The translations under genes and the position numbers were made by a program. The notes beneath the pieces were generated by a model that was not told the DNA's origin, did not search any database, and saw nothing but the letters and a program-made list of their open reading frames with translations. Below are positions 25,801 to 38,200 of a DNA stretch of 64,000 bases, one piece after another; within the stretch, counting starts at the first letter, position 1, and every line of letters begins with the position of its first letter. The stretch spans positions 35,402,001 to 35,466,000 of the forward strand of contig JANJGN010000026.1 in the NCBI GenBank assembly GCA_026770705.1. The letters are read 5' to 3'. Source of the stretch: Isurus oxyrinchus (lineage: Eukaryota).

Positions 25801-26989
25801 GGCCGAATACTTACTCTGAAACTGTAACTCGTAGTTATGGACTTAACACCCTGGGGAAATACCCACCAAGAATCTATACTGTCCTGGAAGTTAAATGTTC
25901 CAATGAAATTACATGTCATTCCTCTAAACTCTTGGGAACATAGGCCCAGGCTACTCAACCTCCTCTTACAGGACAATCCCTTTATCTCACGAATCAGGCT
26001 GATGAACCTTTGTTGCACTAGCTCCAAGACAAGGAGGTCCTTCCTTAAGTAAAGAGATCATAACTTTACACAACATTCCAAACTGGAGTCCATTTCAGTC
26101 ATTCCTCCATGCACCTCACCAACTAACATGGGCTCGGATTGTAATTTGAATGGGCCAGAGATCCTCCAATCCTTCTCTCCCTTTCGATTAATTATTTCTT
26201 GCTGCTTCGAAATGAACATTCCCCCAGATTGTCAATGTTTCCTAAGGTCCCTGTTCTCCTTTATAAGATTAATACACAATCCTCAGTCTCTCAGTGCGCT
26301 GTGCTGTTTTAATTAACAGTAATCAGGGACACAGATAAATTACAGCAATCCCATTTCTCAAACATTTACATTCAATATAGAGAAATGTCTGCAATTCCAA
26401 ACCTGCACATCTGACAGCGGAAAAGGAGGAAATTGATTGGTTATATGATGGCAATTGAGAGAAGTGGCGGGGTCAATATCACTAATTTTAGTCACTGGTT
26501 GCCCAATCATAAAATTCCATCTGGACCCACATCAGGGTCTTATATCTGAAGTCCCTTGTGTCACTCTCCCATTTCTCTCCTGCGTCAGGTATTGAACGAG
26601 CCGCTGCAGGTATATGAACTGGCCATAGTTGTGTTGAGTTTATTCACTCGGTACCTCATTCACATTGCTCAGGTCGGACTGCAATCTGCTGCCCAGTAGA
26701 GAGATCTATGACCTCGCTTCCGGGCTCTAAGGGACAGACAGAGAGCCCTCGGTCACAGTTAACACCAGGAGTGGAGTCCGGATTGTCGACAATCTGCTCT
26801 CATTAAAAACGATTCAGAGTGTGAGTGTCCGTGATGTTGATGTTGTCCCCGATGTGCCCATTAAACCAATAATGGTCCAGATTCTGTCAACTCCCACATC
26901 TCACCCAAACTCCACTGATATCAATAATAAACTGACGGTGAACATTACCCGAGACAGGCTGTAACCCGGCGGGGTTTGGAGTCACTTAC

Positions 26990-27081
26990 CGGCTGTGACA
27001 GTCACCACCGTCCCGGATCCATCCACATAATCTTATTTTCAGCACAGTGATCCCGCTCTCAGTCTCTCCGGTACAACAATC
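26990..27081 (-). other. NAR-TCR J segment, copy 2, with 23-RSS
   Basis: GATTGTTGT-23-CACTGTG; ...DYVDGSGTVVTVTA G|GTAAGT (VNAR-type DGxG motif); in-frame TGA and TAA within the first 10 nt. Confidence 0.88.
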
Positions 27082-27394
27082 ATTGACACCTCAAACTGCA
27101 GGGAAATCATCATCAGACAGTAGAAACTGCCCAGTTATTGAGCGGATTAAAATAAGTGTAAAATATTCAATGTTTCGAAGCTTCTGTCGGTTCAAACTGT
27201 TCTTTGTGAGGCCCTGAGCTCTGAGTAAATGGCCCAGGGAAGGAGATGTTTGCTTCATATAAACCGAGAAATTATCAAAGAAAGATAACTGAATGGTGGA
27301 AATTACAAGAAATATAACCAGATTACAGTGATAATAACATCAACCCGACAATTTCCTATCCGGGCCCAGAGAATTTAAACAGTGATCATACAGA

Positions 27395-27905
27395 GATATT
27401 TGCTCCGGTCTGCCCCACTCTGACTGTACCGCATGCTGTACATATACAGAGCTTTACAGTAATAGGTGGTGGTGTTTCCAACTCTCAGATCCCTAATTTC
27501 CAGCGAAAATGTATTTTCTGCTTTATTCACCGACACAACAAATCTCCCCTCGCTGGAGATCCGCTCCCGGTCTGGGTTTGTCTGAAGAAATCCCCACCCG
27601 TCAAAGGACGAGAGAAAAAGCCACCATAGAAAACGCAGGTGATGGTGAGAGACTGACGCTCCTTCCTGGTCACCGCTGCCGGGGTCTGTACCACTGACTG
27701 ACTGAAAGAGCCTGGAAATTAAACAGAGAGAGTTTAATGGACCATCAGAGCCGAACCACAGAGCGGGGTCAAAACCCCGGACATTGTCTGGAGTTGGGAT
27801 GGACTCGGGCAGCTTTATATTAAACAAACACAATGTCGGTTTGTTTGATCGGTACTCACGGGGTAAACGGACACACAGGGTGAAAAGAAAGAGAACTCCA
27901 ATCGT
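27395..27905 (-). pseudogene. NAR-TCR V copy 2, fused to D and the D 3' 12-RSS (pseudogene)
   Basis: Leader 27905-27860 with ATG ATG changed to ACG ATT; V exon from 27711; KEC changed to KER; 10-nt frameshifting deletion; YYCKALYMYSMRYS then CAGAGTG-12-GCAAATATC and flank homologous to the copy-1 D 3' flank. Confidence 0.88.
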
Positions 27906-29228
27906 TCTGCTGCCTGGAGCTGAGGGTTTATATGACGGTGCGCTGGAGACTGTAGGCCCGGACTGCACTGGGAGACCGGACCTCAGAGCTGGACCTAAAT
28001 ATTTAAGTGGGTGCTGAGTTGATTTGCACAGGACAGTCCCGCTCTGATCATTGATGGGCCGCTGGCTAAGTCTGTGACTAAGAGACAGGTTTATAAAAGG
28101 AGACTGCAATTTTTTGACTCTTCATTTGGATTGTGATCCGGATGTGAAAGGTCCTCCTGCAATACTCTGGGGTACAGAGGTGGGGGAGGGGAGCTTTTCT
28201 TTCTGCCAGTTACGCTGCCGCCTTCAAATCCCCGCAATAATGAACTGGGAGGTCGGTGCGTGTGTTTGTATCGGGTGGTGTTTGAGAGATGGCGCTTCCC
28301 GTCAGTCCCTCAGCCTGACCAGTAAAGCCAATGAGTTCGAGGGGCTGAACGGTGACCCGGCACTACACCAAGGAGGCAGGAACACCCGGGAGACTTTAAT
28401 CCAACGAACCTTCAGTTAATCCCACACAAATGGGTTTGCAAGCCAGCATTACCTGGCGCATTCGTATGCAGCACTTTAGTGCGACATCTGTCACTTCATC
28501 AGCTGCAACAAGGGGCTTTGGACACAAATCTAAATATCCACTCAAACACAAATGACAGGTCTGTGAAACATACAAATGCAGCACAAAGGAGCCACCCTCA
28601 GTCATAGAAATACATGTGGATTTTATTTTGATCCATCATCTGGTCCAACAAATTTGCCTCATATTTCCTTTCCATTCCCGTGCAGTTTTTCTCTACAGCG
28701 CTGTCCCCATGGCCTCTGATCACGATGGTCTTATTGGATGAGGCAAACAGAAACTACATTTATTGATTTACTTTAAGTCCGATATAAATGCGAAAACTCC
28801 AAAGCAACTTTCACGACGCCTGGAGGTGTTTAGGCGTCATTGCTTGCTCACCGATTTGTCCTATTCTGTCTTCACTCCCAATTTAACGTATTTATTTCCA
28901 CGTGTTTTACTGCGGTGGGAGTGTTTACTTCGAGGAGAGATTTACCCAGCAGAGAGACATCAAGGCAAAGGGACAGACAAGCTAAGAAGGTCAGAGCGAG
29001 GGAGGGGGAACCAACCAGTGAATTAAACTATCCGCAGCTCACATTCATTGGTGCGTAGCTGTCATCAGCTCGGACAGACAAGTGAATCTTCTCCGTGGGA
29101 AACGCCCCTCTCTGCCTCAATAAGTGGAGCCCGATCCTGTTTTGGGTTTCACTTTAATATCAGACTAGAGGGACCAACATATTAAGAAGAACCTGTGATT
29201 TTTTTTGTCGAGCTCGAAACCAGATACC

Positions 29229-29694
29229 ATGAGCTCACCATATCCCTTACTGCCAATAATTGCCTTGCTGCCTGGTAAGTCTATGTCTACATAGTCACTG
29301 TGTTTACGGGGGTTGTATTTCCTCGCCGGCTTTGAACCATTCTTTATATGTGTTACAGAGTCGAATGGCACAGGTTCAATGTCCCAGGATCCGTCTGCAT
29401 TAATGATAATGGAAGGACAATGCATAATACTGGGCTGCAGTTACTCGCCAGCCGGCCCTGTCACAACTCTGTTCTGGTATGTCCAGTATCCCGGGGAAGC
29501 TGCGAGGCATTTACTGAAGCTTGGGGAATGAAGAAAGGCTTCCAAGCTAACCAGACAGATTTTCTGGTTATTTCCACAAAGGAAATATAGCGTCTCCTTT
29601 AAATATCGCCGGGGAACTTCTCTCCGAAAGCGCCGTGTATTTCTGTGCCCTGGAGCTCAGTGCTGCGGAGATATTGCCGATCCCGTGCTGAAAT
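29229..29694 (+). pseudogene. TCR V-alpha-like pseudogene
   Basis: Leader MSSPYPLLPIIALLP G|GTAAGT (29229-29274); exon from 29359 MSQDPSAL...LGCSYS...LFWYVQYPGEA, frameshift/stop, then DRFSG...ESAVYFCALE; degenerate heptamer CTCAGTG at 29656. Confidence 0.85.
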
Positions 29695-29718
29695 CTCACT
29701 GAGAGGTACAGTTAGTGC

Positions 29719-29732
29719 CCACCAGAGGGCGC
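29719..29732 (+). promoter_or_regulatory. Candidate CTCF site just 3' of the V RSS
   Basis: CCACCAGAGGGCGC, near-perfect core; motif match only. Confidence 0.65.
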
Positions 29733-29949
29733 TCTCACACCGATAAACATAAGCAATAAAGCAGCCGCCACAGTGAGGGCCACAGAAAGATTCAAAACAC
29801 ATCAAACACGAAGAGCTGAGGAACACTTGCGCAATTATATTAATCAATTTCAACTCACGTCTGTACCATAATCGACATTCCTAAATCGATTTGATCGCTT
29901 TCATATATTTATTGCCGTTTGACACAGTTTCAGTGCCTGTTTGAGATAT

Positions 29950-30130
29950 TGAACAACCAGATGATCGGCTGAAGCCTCGTCCACGCACAGAACACGTGTG
30001 CGGTTTCTCTCTGCTGTGAATGGTGCTTTCTCCTTCCATGTTCAAAATCCGATGATATTCAGGTTACGATAAATTGGGTAACTCTTGACAGATCCTGATG
30101 TGATGCTTGGTTTGAGTTTCCGGACTCGAA
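29950..30130 (-). pseudogene. C2H2 zinc-finger exon 5' remnant
   Basis: Reverse complement reads HSREKPHTCSVRGRGFSRSS; inverted homology to ~39875-40050. Confidence 0.7.
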
Positions 30131-30579
30131 ATCCTACCCGTCTAAAAACCTGTCAAAATGTTTTAAAATAGAAAAAAGTGAGAGAGACCCCACAAAAACA
30201 CAAAGACAGGTTGTGAAATTGAGCTGAATGAATCTGGTGATTTGTGGGGCCGAGACTAGGAAAAAGTGACCATGAAAACTGCTGGACTGTCGTAAAACCC
30301 CAACTGGTTCACTAATGTGCTTCAGGGAAGGAAACATGCCACCCAGTCTGGTCCTACACAAGACTCTGTAATATGGGGGGAATAAGAGTGAAAGAGAGCT
30401 GGGAGCAGAAGCAGAGAAGGAGAGGAATATTATTTATATTTGTGCAAATCGACCAGAACTTTGACAGAATCTCATGAATCCTCAATCTCCACCACCTAGA
30501 AGGACCAGGGTAGCGGGTGTATGTGAACACCATCACCTCCAGGTTCTCCTCCAAGTCACACACCATCCTGACCTGCCCA

Positions 30580-31040
30580 ACACCCAGCACTGGATGAGGA
30601 GAATTTTCCTCCATTTAAATATTGAGAAGGCTGAAGCCGTTGACTTCAGTCCCCAGTACAAACTCCACTCCCTAGGCACCGACTTCAGCCCCCTCCCTGT
30701 CAACTGCCTGAGGCTGAAGGAGATCCTTCAAAACATTGGTGTCATATTTGACCCCAAGACAAGCTCCACCCACATACCTGCATCATCATGAAGACTGGAT
30801 TCCACTTTAGTAACATCGCCAGACTCCACCCCAGTCTCAGCTCATCTGCTGCTGAAACCATCATCCATTCCTTTGTTCCCTCTGAGATGTCTGGACTCTA
30901 CTTCTGACTTCCTGACAATTCCTGATTTCATTTGCTCCACATTTGGTACCTGTAGCTGCCAAGGCCATAAACTCTGGGAACTCATTACTAATCCTGTCCA
31001 CCTCTCTATCTTCCTTTCCTCCTTTAAGATACTCCTTTAA
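30580..31040 (+). mobile_element. L2-like LINE fragment
   Basis: QHWMRRIFLHLNIEKAEAV...NIGVIFDPK; related fragments at ~33860-34010, ~35210-35740 and ~38490-39350 (-). Confidence 0.7.
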
Positions 31041-31614
31041 AAAGACCTCTGCTTCCGGTACCCCATGAGTTCATAGAAGCAATCACTATCAGTCCAGGAT
31101 TGAAATTCAGAGGAGACTAATATTTTCTTGCTTTGAGTTTGCTGTGCATAAATCCTCCCCTTCTAACCCCCTGTAAAAGGAGTTTCCAAAATCCACCCCA
31201 GCATAGAAATTCACAGCATTCTCTCCTCCTCCTTCCTCGTCCAGGATGACCTCACATGTGTCCTCTGCACATTGTCCCTCGTTGTCATCAGCAGTCCCTC
31301 GATTAGAAGGTGATGTCTACTCAGGGTTGTGAGTTTCTGCCATCGGTCTTCATGTGACTGAACAGACACGCAGATCTTTGGACACATGGGGCAGGTCATC
31401 TATGAGGTAGTGAGATCAGGAGAGCAGGATTTTCTTCCTTTTCTTGCCTTCTCTGCTGCTGCTTTGCCTCATCAATAAGACATTATTGATCAGCTCAAAG
31501 GTTAATACAGCTTGATGGACAAGTTGTCATCATTTTGAACAATGGGTAACAAGCTCCTCGCAGTCATTACAACATTGGCCCCCTACAAAGATGCTAGTCA
31601 TGCACGTGGCCATT

Positions 31615-31930
31615 GTGGTGACATAGTAGCATTGTGATGTACTCGTATTCAAGAGACCCAGGGTAATGCTCTGGGGACGTGGGTTCAATCCCCACCACAG
31701 TAGATGGTGAAATTTGAATTCAATAAAAATCTGGAATTAAAAATCTAAAGATGACCATGAAACCATTGTCGATTGTTATAAAAATCCTTACCTGGTCTGG
31801 CCTATCTGTGACCCCAGACCCTGCAGCAATGTGATGATTCATAACTGCCCTCTGAACAAGGACACTTAGGAATGGCCAGTAACTGCTGGCCCAGCCACTG
31901 ATACCCACATTCCAGGAATGAATAAAAAAT
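31615..31930 (+). mobile_element. tRNA-headed SINE
   Basis: B-box GGGTTCAATCCC, body GATGACCATGAAACCATTGTCGATTG, LINE-like tail; related copies at ~9240-9450, ~33260-33430 (-) and ~46000-46330. Confidence 0.65.
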
Positions 31931-32296
31931 GATGGGGCCTTTAGCCTGAGCTGAACACGGCTGCGGGTTTACACAACATGTCTCTGTCCATTGCGCGCTC
32001 CGCCCTGCCATCCTCCCCCCGCCTTCACCCATTGTAGACCCCCCTTATCCGCACTGTACATGCTTCAGTCAGCCCCGCCTCCTCAATGGTTGCAGGGCCA
32101 GCCTCTCGCGTGCACGTGTCCCCCAGTCCCGCCCCCTTTTCCTATTGGTCCGGAGCAACGGTCAATTGTGACGGTTTCAGACGCTGAAAACGGCCACAGA
32201 CTCAGCCTGACTTGCTGACTTGGCAGCATTTTCTGTTTGGGAATTAGAGCTAGAGATGGATGGTCAGTTCCCCTCTGTCCGGGGGGATTCACACTC

Positions 32297-32366
32297 ATTT
32301 CCCAGTGCAGTGATTATCACATTTACTTTACATGAGAGAGACCCCGGTTCAATCCCGGCCGAAACT
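32297..32366 (+). pseudogene. tRNA-Val(TAC)-like pseudogene
   Basis: CAGTGCAGTGATTATCACATTTACTTTACATGAGAGAGACCCCGGTTCAATCCCGGCCGAAAC resembles vertebrate tRNA-Val with broken stems. Confidence 0.65.
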
Positions 32367-34009
32367 TTGTGTTTAAAATTATTACCGATGAGGAATTAAC
32401 AATTAGTTTAGTTTCATGGCGAACAGGGTGACAATTACTAAAACAAAAACAAAAATACCTGGAAAAACTCAGCAGGTCTGGCAGCATTTGTGGAGAGGAG
32501 CACAGTTAATGTTTCGAGTCCCAATGACCCTTCAAGACAATTACTGCTGTCTCGTTCTTTAAAAGCTCTTCTTCACCTTTATACAGGTAACGATAAGTGA
32601 GAGAAATCACAGTGACCCCAAAAAAAGATACTGCAGATGCTAGAAATCCAACCTCAAAACAGAAAATGTTGGAAATACTCAGCAGGTCAAGCAGTATCTA
32701 TGGAGAGGTAAACAGAGTGAATGTTTCACATCGGTGACCCTTCATCCAAACAGGAAAGAGTGAAAGATTTAATACTTTTCCAGCAAATATAGGGTCAGGT
32801 AAAAGAGAGGGGGAGAGGAGGAAAGAACAAATGGTCTGCGATAGGATGGAAGACTGAGTAAATGGTCAAGGGGATGATGATTCAAAGCAAAAGTGAAGAC
32901 TGCGGTTGAATACAATTCTGCTGCTGCTGATGGCTCACAGCACCTCATGGTTGCATGATCTGTTTGAGATCTAGGGTTGTAGTACCAGACAACACAATGG
33001 AGGGTATCCTCAATGTGACGAGGAGACTTTGTCTCCACAAGATCTATGGTTCTGTGAATATGAGTATGTCAGGCTGTTGCTTAACTCCTCTGTGAGACAG
33101 CTCCCTCATTCTTGGTACCAGCCTGCAGATGACTTCATCGGGTTGACAGGGCTGAGTTTGCCTTTGTCGCTTCTGGTGCCTGGGCCGATGCCGGGTGGTC
33201 TGGTTTCATTCCTTAATCATTTTCCGGTCGTGGTTTGATACAACTGAGGGCATTTCAGAGTCAACCACATTCTTGTGGGTCGGGAGTCACATGTAGGCCA
33301 GACCAGGTAAGGATGGCAGATTTCCTCCCCTAAAGGACATTAGTGAACTAGATGGGCTTTTACGACTATCGACAATGGTTTTGTTGCCAACATTAGACTT
33401 TTCATTGAAATTTAATTCCACCATCTATCTTGTAAAATGTTTTTTTCACTCCTGGTCTTCGCTGGCTGGGCCAGAATTTATTTCCCATTCCTAGTTTCCC
33501 TTGAGAAGATGGGGTGAGCTGCCTTCTTGAACCGCTGCAGTCCATGTGGTGTAGGTACACCCACAGTGCTGTTACGAAGGGAGTTCCAGGATTTTGACCC
33601 AGTGACAGTGAAGAAACGGCAATATATTTCCAAGTCAGGATGGTGATTTTCTTGGAGGGGAACCTCCAGGTGGTGGTGTTCCCATCTATCTGCTGCCCTT
33701 GTCCTCCTAGGTAGTTGTGGGTTTGGAAGGTGCTGTGTAAGGTGTCTTGGTGAAAGCCTGATGTTTTGGCGGGATTTGAACCTGGGTCCCTCAAGCATTA
33801 CCCTGATCTCTGGATTACTTGTCCAGTGACAAGACCACTATGCCAATGTCTCCCCGATAACTGAAACCATTGTCTTCAGTCCCTTCTCCACTCCACAGCC
33901 ACTGACTCCATCATCTTCCCAGCAACTGTCTGAGGCTGAATCAGACTTTTCACAACATCGGTGTCATGTTTCACCCCAAACTCATCTTCAAACCACATAT
34001 CCGCATCAT

Positions 34010-35200
34010 GCGAACATGCAAAATAGGAGAATAACTAGGTCATTCAGCCCCTTGAGCCCTCTCCGCCATTCAATATAATCGTGACTGATTACTTGCATTT
34101 CAAATTCCACATTCCCATCTACCCCCGATAAACTTTGATTCCTGTGCCTAACAAGAATCTATCTACCTCTGCCTTAAAAATATTTAATGACTCTACCACC
34201 ACTGACTTCTGAGGCAGGGAGTTCCAGAGTCCTCAGGGAAAAAGAAATCTCCTCATCTCTGTCCTAAAAGGGTGCCTCCTAATTTCAAAACAATGCCCCT
34301 AGTTCTGGACTCACCCACAAGAGGAAACATCCTTTGCATATCCAACTTTTCAAGACCATTCAGGATCTTATATACTTCAATTAAGTCACCCCTCCCTTTT
34401 CTAAATTCCAGTGGAAACAAGCCCAGCCTGTCCAACCTATCCTCAAAAGACAACCCGCTCATCCAGGTATCAATCTAGTATATCTCCTTTGAACCACCTC
34501 CAATGCATTTACATCTTTCTTTAAATAAGGGGACCAAAAACTGCACACTGTATTCGATATGTGCTCTCACCAATGCCCTGTATAACTGAAGCATAACATC
34601 CTTGCTTTGATGTTCAATTCCTCTCGTAATATAGAAAATCATTCCCTTAACGTTCTTAACTACTTGCTGTACCTGCATACTAACTTTTTGTGCCTCATGC
34701 ACTAGAACACCTAGATCCCTCTGCACCTTGGAATTCTGCAGTCATTCTCCATTTAAGTAACACTCTGCTTTTTTATTCTTCCTGCCAAAGTGAACAACTT
34801 CACATTTTCCCACATTATACTCCATTTGCCAGATCTCTGCCCAATCACTCAGCCTATGTATATGCATCTGCAACCTCCTTATGTCCTCTTCACAACATAC
34901 ATTCCTACATATCTTCATGTCATCTGCAAATTTAGCCACAATGGCTTCTCTCCCCTCATCTAACTCATTGATATCAATTGTAAGAAGTTGAGGTGCCAGC
35001 ACAGATCCTGTGGGACTCCACTCATCACATCCTGCCAATCAGACAAAGAACAATTTATGCATACTCTCTGTTTTCTGCCAGCCAGCCAATATTTTATCCA
35101 TACTAACATGTTACATCCTACACCATGAGCTTTTATTTGTTGCGATAACCTTTGATGTGGCATTTTATCAAATGCCTTCTGGAAATCCAAGTACAGTATG
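34010..35200 (-). mobile_element. CR1 LINE 3' part
   Basis: DFQKAFDKMPH, AKFADDMK, WQMEYNVGKCEVVHFG, RLGLFPLEFRKGRGDLIEVYKI. Confidence 0.9.
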
Positions 35201-38200
35201 TCTACAGGCCCCCTTTATCATCACCAAGACTGCCCATTTCCACCTCAGTATCATCCAACTCCATCCTAGTTTCAGTTGCTCTGAGGCTGAAATTCTTATC
35301 TATTCATTTGTTAACTATAGACTTAACTATCCTAACGCAAACCCAGCCGGCCTCCCAGTTGAAACCTCCCTGTGAGCTTGTGGTCATTCAAAACTCTGCT
35401 GCCCATGTGCTTACTCCACCAAGTCTTGTTCACTCATCACCATTGTGCTTGCTGAGGTACAAAGTTTCCAGGCTAAGAAGCACTTAAATTTTAAATTTAT
35501 CATTTTTGTTTTCAAATCTCTTCATGATATTGCTCCTTCCTATCTCTGTGATCTTCTCCAGCCTCATACCCTCCAAGATAATTCTTAAAACCTATCTCTG
35601 ACCAAACTTTTGGTCATCTGCCAAAACATTTCCTTCTGTGGGCTCAGTGGCAAAAGTTGCTTCATAAAACTCCTGTGAAACACTTTGGAGTTTTCTATTA
35701 AACGAAAGGCGCCATATAAACACAAGTTATTGTTGTTGATTTGGACATGTCACCATTCCTTCATCATCACTGAGTGAAATTCCTGTAACTCCTTATCTCA
35801 CAGAAATGTGGGAGCAGTTTCACCACACAGACTGCAAAGGTTCAAGGTCAAGCATCATCTTCACTGGTAACAGTATTATACAATTCTATGACTCAATGAT
35901 ACTTTACAGACATTCTCTGTTCATCAGCATGTTCCCTTGCTTTTTAAGCACTCCATGCTCAGTCATTATTTCCTTCATTTGCAGACATTTCCTGACAATC
36001 ACCATTTTTAGAGACGCTTCCTAACCTTTATCACTTTCTCTCCATTTACAGACGCTTCCTGAATGAGCTGACATTGCACATGCGCTGGGCCTCGCCGGAC
36101 TCATTCCTAAGTCAGACCTGAGCGGGAGAAACCGGGAAGTCAGGGATAATGTTTACGGTTTCTAGTCGCGTCCTAAGTAGAAAATGTTGCTTGTTTTATT
36201 TTGGGCTTTGGATCCGCACTCGGTCTTTGTAAACCCTCCATTTTAAACCCACTCTCTCCAGCACTCTTACCGTCCGTCGCCATGACCTGCGCATGCTCAG
36301 ATCACAATGCCCGAGACTGATTGACGGCAACTCGGGACCAATAGGAAGAGGGGGCGGGACTGGATGACCAAGCGAAAGTGGCTAGTCTTCCAACCAGTTG
36401 GAGTGAATGAGGGGCGGGGCTGAGTCCGGATCTCCCTCATTGCCAGAAACTGCATCATTTTGAAAGCTGATTTGTCTCAAACTCCAGGAGAAAACTGGAC
36501 CTTTCTGTTTGTGGCTTTAAACAGATGAACCTGTCCACACCTGTGGGTGTGGAGCAAATATTTCAACATTTGTTCCTGAACTGGATTCAGTCAGGACAGG
36601 CAGCAGGAATTATTTCGGGAAATGACAGGGCGTAGTGATTGTTTCTCTTTGAATTTGGAGAAAAGTGTGAATTAGTGGAAGAATTCGCAGGCTGCTTAAC
36701 TCCCCTTCTGGGTTTGGAGCCATTTAATTTCAGCCGATTTGTTGTTCCGGCATTAGCCGAGAGAGTTTGATCAGCTCACACAATGGGAGAGAACAGTCAG
36801 AACCGCCGGATACACCTATCCTGCCTGATGTCAACTCAGAATGAGCTGGAGAGCCGTCTTCACTCACCAGGTGTCTGCAGAGGAGTTTCTGGCTCAGAGG
36901 CGGGAATGTTTCATTTTTATTAATAACCCTAAATCCCTCAAGTTCCATTGAACTGGCAGGGCCTTTTCATTTCTATATCCATTTCATTGCTTAAATAAAG
37001 CCTTGATTTTATGTTTGCAGCTTAATGGTGACACTTACATAATCTAAACACCTCCTTCCTTGTGGGAGTGCAGAACTACAGTAGCTGCAGAAGCCACACC
37101 CTTTGTCTATTCTCTACCAAGCCTCTCCTCAACCCCTCAGAATCAAACTATTCCTATCTTTGTCCAGTATTTTCATTATCCTACAATGAAAGGCCTCTGT
37201 TTATAATGCTTAGTTATTGTGAATCTAATAAAGCTGCTCCAATAGTGATTCTAATTCAGTTTGCATTATGTTTAATCTTGGGCTATTATGTCTGCCGCTA
37301 TTTCTGTTTCATCTTCATGTTCAGTCTGGCTTCCCTGGAATGAACTTTCTGTGGTCGTCTGTGTGTATTCTCTCAGTGCCCAAGTGCCTGTGTTAGTTGA
37401 TGTTTAATACTTCGTCTGCAGCCTCTCAATTCAAGGATGACATCTCCTCAGGGTGGTGAGTTTCTGCCATGGGTCTTCTTGTGAATGAACAGACTGATTC
37501 TTGACCTGCAGATATTTGGACTCATGGGGCAGGACATCCATGAAGTATTGGGATCTGGACCACAACATTTGATTCCACTTCTCTGCTGCTGCTGTGCCTC
37601 ATCATGAAAACACTGTGACTAAGAGTGTGATGCAGCTTGATGGATAAGTTGTCGCCATTCTGACCAGTTGGTAGAAAGCTCCTCCAGGTCATTAAAGTCA
37701 ATGCTGCTGCACTTCAAGGTGAACAGGCTGCAGAAAATTGGTTTGTATTTCATGAAATATTGAAATTTCAGGGGTGATATGATGCTGTTTTTTAAAATGA
37801 CCAATGTGTTTGTGAGGGTAGATACAGGGAAAACATTTGCTCTGCAGGCAATTCGAGAACAAGGGGGCAGAATCAAAACAGTAGAACCTGGAGAGAAATC
37901 AGGAACAACGTGTTCAGACAAGCGTTGTGGGAATCAGGACCAACCTCCCCAAAAAGCTGTGAATGCTGGAGGTCAATTGAATTCTTCAAGACATGAATAG
38001 TTTGTATTTTGTTAAGCAAAGATATAAAAGTAATTTGATCAAAGATGGGAAAAGGGAGTTGTGTGAATAGAATGGTGGAGCAGGTTTGAGGGGCTGAATG
38101 GCCTGCTTCTGTTCCTATGTGCTGGTTGCTACGCCTCTAGCAATGAGTACCCAAGAAAGGTGGCAGTTTGTAATGTCCATGTGGGCTGCAGTGTGTTTAG

